Assembly (NCBI GenBank): GCA_009602725.1
Contig: WELB01000009.1
Span: forward strand, 875,101 to 922,114
Source of the DNA: Spirogloea muscicola
Lineage: Eukaryota
Direction of reading: 5' to 3'
DNA length: 47,014 nt
The notes beneath the pieces were generated by a model. It ran no database searches. It was not told the DNA's origin and saw nothing but the letters and a program-made list of their open reading frames with translations. The translations under genes and the position numbers were made by a program. Below, one piece after another: positions 36,999-47,014 of the stretch. Each line of letters begins with the position of its first letter. Positions within the stretch are counted from its first letter, which is position 1.

Positions 36999-39900
36999 AT
37001 GAGGCCCGCGGCTCTCTTGGCGCGCCTCCTGACGGTGCGCGGCGCCGGCGGCGGAGGTGCCTCTCAGGCCGGCCGCCAGGTGAAGCCGGCTCGCTCGACG
37101 CGCCTCCTCTGCCCCGCAGGCCGTTGTCGTGGCCCTGGCTACGACTTGCCTCCTGGCTCCGAGGCCAGCTCGAGCAGTCGTTGTCAATAGAGCTACCAAT
37201 GTGAGGCCTATCTCAGCCCGCCTCCTCTGTCGTGCAGTATTCCAGGACCTTCACGAAACCTCTCCACCAAGGATTCCCAGCAGTGGTCAGGCGAGGTCAG
37301 CTCTGTTCAGCCCACTCTTGCTATGTCACGATTGCAGGCGAGTCGCAATCTTGTGCTCACTATCTTCGACTTCGACTGCAGTCGCTGGAAGCAACCGTAG
37401 CTGCGAGCCAGTGGAGCTCGTTCTTCTATCCCTAATCACTGATAGGTGTGGATGTCCACGCTGACACTCCTTGTTCTTCAGTTGCTCTTGCAGAATGGTC
37501 TCCACCGGCGGCGCCACACAGGTGCTTTGCTCTCCTCCATGCATCATTGCACGGCGCCTTGCCAGTACTACGCTCCTTAAATTATGAGAAATATGGGGAC
37601 GAGCTCTGGCAAGATTCCACTGGGTTGCACGCGCATCTGGTCGCACTCAAATGCAGACCAGGACAGTCTTCATTCGTACCAGAGCTGCCTTCTCTGGCTG
37701 CTTTTCTCCTGCAGGCCCTACTGCAGAGAGTTCCCCAGCTTTGTGCCACACTCGGCCTCCTTGCACACAACACCTTTGAGATTGTTTGCAGCTGGTGATG
37801 GTAAGCCCTGCCATGGTTTTGATGCTCAAATGCCAGGGTCATCCTTGCTCTTGCTGAGCAAAGTCAGTGGCTAACTTATGTCTGCTGTCAAACCGTTGTG
37901 TTCTGTAATTGTAGGCGAGCCTGTGGAGGTTCTTGTCCCTCAGATGGGAGAGTCTGTCACAGACGGCACCATGGCTGGCTTTCTCAAGCGTGAGCTGATT
38001 ATATGATCCTTTGCAGTCAGGCAGCTGCTGCTAGGTTCAGTGGTGAAAATCATGCTTAGTTGCTGGCAGCTCCTCCTGCATCTTGACACTAAGACACATC
38101 TTGACACTAGGGTATCTCTATTTGTATTGTAGCGTCTATACTTATGCTAAAATGCAGTGAGGGACAGGAAGTCGTGAGCTGAGACTTACGCTGATGGAGT
38201 ACCACTGCATGTGGCCCTTGTGCCCCTCTCACAACTCCCTTATCTGGGAGCAGTATTGACACTGTGTTCCTGTTGCCATCAGAGGCTGGCGATGCCGTGG
38301 AAACGGATGAGGTCATAGCTCAGATTGAGACAGACAAGGCAAGTATTACAGGGTCTGCCCAGTAATGACTTACTTGTGTCTGGATAGCTCTGGGTGGAAG
38401 ACAAGCTTTGCTCTTATTGCAGCAGCATCGAGATAGGATTCAATCTAGTTCCAATGTTTGTGGTGGTAGTCCATCTTCTGATGCTCTTGCTAAGGCAAGG
38501 TGGCCCTCTCTTCTGCAGGTGACTATTGACGTGCGCTCACCTGAGGCTGGAGTTCTGGAGAAGGTATATCCACTGCTCCAATAAAATCTAAGAAGCAGAA
38601 GTGGCCCCTGCCTTGTTTGCAGTCTTTATGACTCAAGATGCTGAAGGGCTATGATTGTCCTGCATGACTTTTCAGTATGACGTGAAGGACGGCGATACTG
38701 TCACGCCTGGAACAAAGGTAGCTACGGTCCTTAAAGGAGGAGCTCCGTCTAAGCCGGCTGCAAGCAGCGAGAAGTTGGCTGCTGATGACGCTAAGACGGC
38801 AGTCAAGGAGGAAGCAGCTGAAGCCAAGACAGAAGAGAAGCCACCAAAGAAAGAGCCAGAGGCGCCGCCAGCAGCCGCAAAGGCTGCGCCACCGCCTCCA
38901 ACTCCTCCATCCACGCCACCGCCTCCCAAGCCTCCTCCTTCCCCAAAGCAAGCAGAGCAGCGCAGCACCAGCAGCACGACCGAGCCCATGCTGCCGCCGA
39001 AGGAGAGAGAGCGACGGGTCAGCCAATCATATATCTTGTCACTCAGTCCTCTTGGCAAGACAGGTCACAAGCTCTGGTTACAGACCGAGACAACTAATGG
39101 GTCGTAGATTGCAGCTTACTAAGAGGCTCTTGTATAAGGCCGTGGTTACGTATTCTGTCATATGCTGATATCCTTTGCGCCGTTTAACCAGCCTATAATG
39201 CAGCAGTCACAGTGAAGATCAATGCCTTCCATCTAAACTGCAGCCGTTGGCTGTTCTGACAACATCCCCTCCCCACATCTTTGCATGTCATCCAATCCAT
39301 AGGTGCCTATGACCAGATTGCGGAAGCGCGTGGCAGTCCGCCTCAAGGATTCTCAGAACACCTTTGCACTCCTCACCACTTTCAACGAGATTGACATGTA
39401 AGATACTCTACTATTTGAGGAGGTTTCCAGGCCTGTTTCCATCCTCGCTTACAGTTCTGACTGTCAAATTGATTGCAAGAGCTTGACTTCAACTTGTGAC
39501 TGCTTCTCAGGACAAACCTAATGGCCTTACGAAATGATTACAAGGACACATTTGTTGAGAAACACGGCGTCAAGCTGGGTTTCATGTCTGCTTTTGTCAA
39601 AGTAAGTCAGCAGATTTAATTTGCATCACTGCCTTGCATAAGATCCAATATTTCATGACTACCTCAGTCCAATCTAAGCTCGAATTTGCTGGAATCTTAT
39701 GGCCTGACTTGTTTCTTGTTGTCACGGTATTGTGGAATGCCAGGCAGCAGTTGCTGCCTTGAAGCAGGAGCCCTCTGTCAATGCCGTCATAGATGGTGAA
39801 GTTATCATCTACCGGGACTATGTTGACATAAGCATTGCCGTGGGCACACCAAAGGTGTGTATCTTGCAAGTCCTTGTAAGACTAATCTGCATGAAAAGTA

Positions 39901-40753
39901 GCGCGATCTGAGATGTCTAGTGTTTCCCCTTTTCAGGTTAGTTACCTCTGATAGCCTCTGTTGAGATTGAGGGGAATTTCTGTCTTGATTGGTAAAGACC
40001 AAGATGTAGAAAAATTCAAGTCAATGTGGCAGTATGGACATATCCAATATGTGACCTTGGCCTTGTACAATGTGACAGGGTCTAGTGGTGCCAGTCATTC
40101 GGGGTGCCGAAAGCATGAACTTTGCAGAAATTGAGAAGACCATAAACCATTTGGGAAAGAAGGCCCGGGATGGCACAATATCCATTGATGACATGGCGGG
40201 AGGCACGTTTACGATCTCCAATGGTGGCGTGTATGGGAGTTTACTAAGCACGCCAATCATTAATCCTCCTCAGGTGCTTACCGCATCATTTTTGTCACCA
40301 CCTCTGTCTGCATGGTCAGTAGTGAATTGCGAGCAGTATTTAACCGTATTGAATATCATAGTATCAAAAGTTACAAGGCAGAGTATGTAGTCTCTTACTC
40401 CATTCAGTCAAGGCTTGAGGTACGTGATTGAGGACTTTGAGCTGTTCCCTTTGAGCAGACCCTTACTAACTGGCTGCTAGATTACTATGCACATCTGCCC
40501 TAGTTTGCATGGATGGATGTTACGGACGGCCGTGAATTGACTCCCTATTAATGTGCTGCAGTCGGCCATTCTGGGCATGCACTCCATACAGCCAAGGCCG
40601 ATGGTGGTTGGGAAAGACATCATGGCGCGGCCAATGATGTATGTTGCCCTCACCTATGATCACCGTCTGATCGACGGCCGCGAGGCCGTGCTCTTCCTGC
40701 GGCGTGTTAAGGACGTGGTTGAGGACCCTCGGCGGCTCCTCTTGGACGTCTAG
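36999..40753 (+). CDS. DLST: Mitochondrial dihydrolipoyllysine-residue succinyltransferase (2-oxoglutarate dehydrogenase E2), multi-exon
   Basis: Lipoyl domain [12 protein letters not shown]...[14 protein letters not shown], Pro/Ala/Lys linker, [57 protein letters not shown] and catalytic DHRLIDG. The N-terminus looks like an Arg-rich presequence. Confidence 0.95.
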
Positions 40754-41403
40754 CAGTCATGAGTGTGTGTACTGTTGTGTTGTTTGTACTCCCATGCTGT
40801 GTGTTCTCCATCACAGACAGTTCACATTAGGTGAGAGACCCTCTGTAACGCCCGGCTCCAACAGCCTCACTATGCCCTGCATGGACTGCCGCATCTCTTA
40901 GGACCAACCTTGAGCTCTGTAAGGAGCAAGTGGTAGTAGGCCTACGTTGGGTGCCCTGAGTAAAGTGCTCAAAACCGACCCAACAAACGTGCCGTCTAAG
41001 CTAGTATTGTGGCGTAGTCGCAGACTAAGAAGGTGCTTATCAGAATGTTTTGTCAAACCTGCATGGGCGCCAGGCCTGTTTGAGGACTTCTGTACTGTCA
41101 GCTGCCTAGGGTGAATGTGCAGCACATGTGGTCTCACGTCTCTGGGCTCGTGCAGCACCAGCAGGAGCCTCCTCACACCTTCTATGTACCTTACCAACAC
41201 CTGTTGATGTGGCTGAGATTTTGAGCAACTACATCTATGTCTTATTTGAGAGCAGAATTTGTCAAAGGACCCTAAGCTCTGCAGCTGATTACAGCATCCC
41301 TCACTGCCAAGGAACACATGTCGTCGTGTAGCCCCAACTTAAATGGTCCATGATATCATGCAGCAGCAAGACAATTGCAGTGTAAGGTAGCTGAACAGGG
41401 CTT

Positions 41404-41447
41404 AGCAACATCCCCAGCAGTAAGCAGCAACATTCCCAGCAGTAAGC
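41404..41447. repeat. 22-bp tandem duplication AGCAACATYCCCAGCAGTAAGC
   Basis: Two adjacent copies with one mismatch, lying between the DLST and GT34 3' ends. Confidence 0.85.
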
Positions 41448-41727
41448 ACTTCTTGCGCCAAGAAGCAAGTCGTCAACACAGGAGGCCAAGAATGCAGATC
41501 TTTCATTGCTCACACAAAGCACGCTGCCTTGCCTGTTAGCAAGAAGGAAAGTGTGTTCCAGGCGCTTAGACACCTGAGAGAAACAATATAGGAGCTCCAG
41601 GACTTACACAATTGGCAGCAATTGTGCATCTTGTCTGGGTGTACCCCTAGGCAAGCGATGGCACTTAAGCTCAACTCACTCAGGGAAGAGTCCATGCAAG
41701 CTTGGGAGTAGATGGGCGCAAGAGCTA

Positions 41728-44375
41728 TCACGGCCTTGTTGTGGGTAGGAACGTGGAAGCCAGGCGCTCGTACTTGCCCGAGCTGTGCTTTTTTGTGGCA
41801 TAGTGCACAATGAAGTCGCCCGGGCGGTAGTGCTTCACGTCGTGGCTCCACGGGCTGTTCATGTACCTGCTCAGCACAGTCCAGCGCTCAATCATCACCA
41901 TGCATCTGACCACTGGACATTTAAGTGCTGCCATGACTTGCCATTGCAGACTTCATGCCTTGTACCAGTCAATCTCTTGACACTTGCACGAGCTCATAGT
42001 ACATAGTAAATATACTTGAGGAGTATAGCTGCTTCTCTATGCAGTGTTCGCAGGCTTTGTCTTCCCAGCTAAAATGTCATCACCCAACACTCATGTACTG
42101 AACGGAACCTAGACTATACACTGACGCCAAGTGGCATTGGTCAATTTCACATTCCTGCCCATTCTTGGTTCAAAATCAAGCCCCCTCCGGCAGACGACAA
42201 TAACAGCTGTCGTTTGTTGTCATGAAACTTATAGTTCTACTGTGCCACATTGCAGTGATAATTCCTGAGAGCTGAGTAAGATCATTCACCTGTGAGGAAT
42301 GATGCCCACGTGCTCGGAAAAAGCCAAGCGGTGCTTCGACCGGTACAGGTCGACCGCTTTTGCCTCATGGAAGCTGTCATCAGGCGCCTTCTTGAGGCGA
42401 TACAAGCTCTCCAAATAAGACTGGCAAGCAGGCTCGCCATCAAGCTTCATGGGCTCGTCAGAAGCCCATGAATGGTATTGCAAAAATATTTCAACTTATG
42501 TTATGCAAAGATCACTCCAATTCAATTTTTTTCTATCGGATAGATGAGCACTTCTCATGCACTCCGGGTCTAAGAGCCCCTACTTAAGCTTAAACAAAGC
42601 CTCAGGAGAGGTGTTGCTACAAACAATTCACAATCATATGGGAATCACCTTTGCCCAGTGGGTGCTCCGCACAATGTAGACGCCTGGGTTGATGGGCGAG
42701 CGGCCATCAGGTTCCTCGTCCCGTGTCCTCCCATAGTCGGCCGTGTAGACAATGTCCTTGTCGGAGATGTTGTATTCTGGGAGGTCGAGGATTTGCTCAA
42801 ATGTCACTGACTTGTTGACAAAGAGCGCGTCGGCGTCCATGCTTACAACTGTCTCGGAGAAGCTCAGGACAAGGAGCACTGCCTTGATCTGCACACCAAT
42901 GGCCTCCTCAATCCTTAAATGCGCACTCCCACGCACTCTAAGTCACAAGAGCAAGTGGCGGCTGTACTGCTGGTAGCTAGGGTGCACTGGGCTGGTGGCT
43001 CTAGAGCACTAACATACACAGATGGCTGTGGTTCAGAAGGTATTCTGGAGTGGCAGAAGGCACAGCAGTCCCGCTGATAGCTGATGCATGGTGTAGAGTC
43101 GATTTCATCTTAGACAGTTATGTGAGCATTCGGCAAGGGAGAATGTAACCAACAATTAGCTGCTGCTGTAATGAGGAAGTCAGATGCAGAGTCGGAATCG
43201 AGGTCCATCGGCAACCTTTGACCAGGCATTGGGCCGGAAGAAATCAAGCGATGTTGACACCTCGCAGTAGCGATACTCGTGCTTGCGCACGTACTGCAGC
43301 CGGTTCCGACGCAGCTGCACCATGTAGTTCTGCGTGCGTGTTCGCCGCAAGCAGCGAGGAAGTCAGCTCACAGAGAGGGAAACGGCTCGTCGCCCAGGAG
43401 GACTTTGCAGAAGCCCCTGTAGCTGCTGACTGGTACTGGCTCCCGCTGCTACAGCGAATTGGTGAGGACAGTAAGGTAAAAGTACAAGTCATAGCTGGTG
43501 GTGGCACAAGTGGGTGAGACCCGCCAGCCAGCTGAGTGACAAGCTGTCCGGCAACTGTCTGGACTTTGCACGCAGTGGGTGGCGCTCACCTGGGGCAGGT
43601 CAACGGCGAGCGTGACGACAGTGAGGTTGCGGCCGCCGTGGCCGTAGCACAGCGAGCTGGGGCGCTCGCTCCACCGCCGCTCCTTCTCCCGCTCCTTGTC
43701 GCTCTCCTCGCTGGCCTGGCCGCGCCCGTCTTCCACCTGCGGCTCCTGCCCGCCGGTGAAAGCCCAATGCAAGCAATGAGCTGCCACGGCAAAAAGTTCT
43801 ACTTTATTAGAACACAAATCAGCAATGATTATACACAACAAAGAGATAGGGTTGGTCGAATCTTTACCATAGGAGATGGGACTGATGGCTCTGGCAGTGC
43901 CAGAGAAGCGACGCCGCAGAAACCCAGTTCCGCCCAGCAAAACGGTTAACCAGCGGCTAACCTGCGGATCGTCTTCCTGGGGCCGCTGCAGGTCGTGCTC
44001 AGCGCCGTCCAGGCCCGGCGGCGCAGCGTCGTCAGCTGCGGCCCACTGCCGCGACGCCGCGTCGAGGCCTGGCGAGCAGCCGCCGCCCACGTGAGCGAGG
44101 AGCGCCGTTAGCGGCGGCGGCTGCGGCGGCGTCGTCGAGGCATAGTGGGATCGACGACTGTCACGTCGTGGGCCCCATCAGTGTGGCTGGCTTTCCCCTA
44201 ATGGGTTTGGCTTGGCTTGGTGTGCCGCACCTGGCGCTGGCGGGGACCCCGACGGCGGCTCGACGGAGCGGTAGACGGCGTAGACGGCGGCGAGGACGAG
44301 CGCCGGGTAGGCGACGCGCAGCGCGCGCAGGCCCAGCTCCTGCCGCGACAGCCGCCGCCNCAACGCCAAGGCCAT
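41728..44375 (-). CDS. Type II membrane glycosyltransferase, GT34 (GMA12/MNN10/XXT-like) family; start approximate (N at 44360)
   Basis: N-terminal TM (VAYPALVLAAVYAVY), NRLQYVRKHEYRY...RPNAWSK|IKAV, DxD motif MDADALFVN, INPGVYIVRS.HW and YMNS...YRPGDFIVHYA, in the typical GT34 motif order. Confidence 0.72.
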
Positions 44376-44432
44376 CGCCCGAGGTGCTGCCTTTGGGGAG
44401 CCGCCTCCGGCGCCGGCGGCCGCGCAGCCTCT

Positions 44433-44467
<35 letters not shown>

Positions 44468-44568
44468 AGTTAGGTGGGGAGCTGGGGGCCAACGGAGCTG
44501 AGACACAGCTTGCTCCTGGAAGTTGCACTCCCCACGCTGTCCACAGTCATTGCCCCTCCACTGGATAA

Positions 44569-44872
44569 CGGCTGCTGATATTGAAGAATCGGCTGTGAAC
44601 TGCCAGCCAGATGCATACAGGTGTTCAAGACGGAGCCAAAGGCTAGGCAGACAGGGCGCCCTCAATACCCCCGTGTCAGCAGTAGGAAGTCAGATGAGCT
44701 GAGGGGAGGAAGAGCAACCCCGCTGCGCAAAGCAGAGGCTGCTGCAAGGGCGCGACCAGCCCGGCGATGCAAAGCAATCGCCACTGGAAAGAGTCTCTCC
44801 CTCTCCCTTCCTGATGAACACCTGTATGCATCTGGCTGGCTTTCACAGCCGCTCTTTTAATATCAGGAGCCG
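44569..44872. repeat. Inverted repeat with ~58 bp arms (26 bp perfect core) around a ~187 bp spacer
   Basis: GCCAGCCAGATGCATACAGGTGTTCA (44602-44627) is the exact reverse complement of TGAACACCTGTATGCATCTGGCTGGC (44815-44840). Imperfect pairing extends to 44569 and 44872. Confidence 0.9.
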
Positions 44873-46909
44873 CTTCTCTCTCCTTTCCTTCTGCATGTCG
44901 ATGCCCGCCGACGTAGTCGGCGAGCATCGTAGTCGGGCGGGTAGCCTAGGGCATTCTAGCGTCCCGCAGGCCATTGTTGCATGCCGTACAATGCGGCTAT
45001 TATTGAGTCTACAGCGCTCCCAGACACTCGCGATACACCAGCATGCTGGTCGTGCATTAGCCCAGGCTAATGGCTTCCGTGGTGGTGGTTTGGCCTCCCT
45101 TCCAATTCCATGCACACCGTGCGCCATCTCTCTCCAAGGCAATAAAAGCTGTGAGAGGCCAACCCAAGAAGCACTACAAGCACTCGGCCCTAGAGCTTTC
45201 TTTACTGTCGGCCTCTCATCGTCGCCGCTTGCTCTTATCAGCCGCTTCGCCTCCATTGGTTTGCGAGCCAGTTCTTGCAGCCATCGCCCCATTTGGAGAG
45301 CTCACCCAAGACTTAGAACCTGGGTTGGCCTCCAGCAGGCTTGAGCGTCACGTTGGTTCACGAGAGGTGCAGTGACTGAGTCCCGCATGTAGAGAGGCGC
45401 CCTTTTCCCCCCTTCCTTCGGCACGCTAGTTGCCCTCTTTCTCGACTCAAACGCGCATCTGGGTCCACACTGATTGAGTAGTAGTTTGGCAGCTCCTCTC
45501 TTGGAAGTTCACGAGTAGCAAAGTTGTGCTCTGCATGCTCTGCCCTTGTTGTTGACCACTTTCTTGCTACTGTGTTTCGGCGCCCAACTTTTCGAACTAA
45601 AATGCAGGTGCAAGAAGGGACATGCAAAGATAACCACTCACTAGTGTGGTTGCCAGGAGTTGCAGGCGGATTTTCACACGCCAACTCGTCAGCAGCTTGA
45701 GCTGATTGAGCAGAGGTGGTGCTATCGTTGGTGAAGCAAGCGCCTCAATCATGATGCAGACTGCTTGAAGACTGTTAATATCTCAGCAGTCAAAGAATAG
45801 GGTTTGTCAATGTGATTGTGGCTTCCCGCCAGCTGCAGCTGCAGCAGCGGCATGTTCAGCCTCGCCAGTCGCATGCAGAGGGGGACCGCCTGCACCCTCG
45901 TGCTCGCAGCCGTCCACGGTGCCCGGCATGAGGTTGCGCAGGCGCTCAACCGGCCAGTCGTGCAGCAGGCCAGTCGGCGATGTCCACAGGAGCAAGGCGG
46001 CCCAATTGCTCGCCCCCGCTCCCACGCCCGGGCCGCCAGAGGGATGAAGTGCAGGTGAGAGGCACGTGGCCTGCCTAGCCGCTGCAGGTCGTGGCCTGCC
46101 GCTGCAGGTCGTGGCCTGCAGGGCCTCCTCAAATGGCGACCAGCTGCAAAGAGAGGGCCGTGTCAGCAGCTTAGCACAGCCAGCATTGCCGCACTTGGAC
46201 CCAAATCCAACTGGCACAGAGAGAGCGTTACACGGCAACAGGCCACCATGCTGCCACTACCACGGCCCTCGGAATGCTTGACTTCGGCGGCTGTGGAAAG
46301 TCCCCAGGCCTCCAGACGGGGCCAGTGTCATGGTCGGAAAGCGTAAGCCATGCATGCCATGACGACAATGCCGTCGAGAGAGCGCACCCCGGGTTGATTG
46401 AGGCGGCAGCTTGGAATGCGTGCGAGAAATACATGCCCACAATGATCTGACGCAACCGGCGGCCGCAAACACCACCCACGTGCGGAGCCTGCCGCCGTCA
46501 GATGCAGGTGCGCGACGACATTGACGGTGTGGACGTAAATTCCGCTCGGCGGTAAGCCACAGCCAGTGAGCAAGAAGTAGGATGCGCTGCCCAATATGTT
46601 ACCAAAGAAAATGAATGATTGAAGCATTTAAAGCAAGGCATTGTGGCAACATCGGCGGCGTCAATTGGGCCGGCTCTGGCGCGGCAGCAGGAGTGGGGCG
46701 TGATGCGACAAAGGCAGCCATGGCGGCGGCGGCAGGGGCCAACGACGGACCTGGAGGGCGCCGAGCGCGACGAGGGCGCCAATCATGAGCCGCATGCGCG
46801 GCGGCATGGGCGCCGCACGCAACGGCGGCCTGCGCGCGGCGGCGGCGGCGGCTGCCTGGCTCAGCGAGGCGGGGCCTGCAGCTCCGGCGCTTGCCGCCAC
46901 TGCGGCCAT
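44843..46909 (-). CDS. Unidentified, possibly decayed, spliced gene; boundaries uncertain
   Basis: ATG at 46909 lies downstream of a (GCC)n leader. Exon 1 has a hydrophobic stretch (LMIGALVALGALQ) ending at CAG|GTCCGT (46751). Several phase-compatible exons with CTGAC branch points follow. No family recognised. Confidence 0.3.
46078..46117. repeat. 20-bp exact tandem duplication GCCGCTGCAGGTCGTGGCCT
   Basis: Copies at 46078-46097 and 46098-46117. Confidence 0.9.
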
Positions 46910-46948
46910 CAGGAGCCGCCTATGCTGCAGCAGCAGCAGAAACGCTTA

Positions 46949-46984
<36 letters not shown>
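46949..46984. repeat. (GCG)n microsatellite; similar tracts at ~3907-3933, 4803-4843, 14448-14469, 36470-36489 and 44436-44466
   Basis: Read directly. The tracts cluster at gene 5' ends and next to assembly gaps. Confidence 0.9.
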
Positions 46985-46985
<1 letters not shown>

Positions 46986-47014
46986 CGCGCACCTCAGCGC
47001 CGTCGCAAGCCGCG

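Noticed and set aside
43982..43997. 16-nt match GCCGCTGCAGGTCGTG between the GT34 gene and the 46078 tandem repeat
   Set aside because: It does not extend on either side and is plausible by chance in GC-rich sequence.

Overview
Eukaryotic, GC-rich, intron-dense nuclear DNA. The gene content is land-plant-like and the introns are short, so a streptophyte green alga is the likeliest source; this is an inference, not an identification. Spliced genes readable by eye, in order: a 5'-partial conserved uncharacterised plant protein (+), organellar ribosomal protein L19 (-), SUMO (+), a TPR protein (+), a makorin C3H/RING E3 ligase (-), meiotic cohesin REC8/SYN1 (-), a 10-exon TOC159-family (Toc132/120-like) GTPase (+), a ROCK1-like nucleotide-sugar transporter (-), 2-oxoglutarate dehydrogenase E2 (+), a GT34-like glycosyltransferase (-), and an unidentified or decayed gene at the right end (-). 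Non-host elements: a ~3.4 kb decayed CRE-clade non-LTR retrotransposon (RT plus restriction-like endonuclease) at ~16.7-20.2 kb, a ~390 bp foldback MITE-like element at 15.4-15.8 kb, a dispersed repeat family in two upstream regions, and a ~300 bp inverted repeat at 44.6-44.9 kb. Assembly gaps (4503-4738, 36508-36865, single Ns at 14470, 26660 and 44360) hide some 5' ends. I found no prokaryotic-type novel system. Exon models and homology calls come from reading the sequence and recalling motifs; no database search was run.
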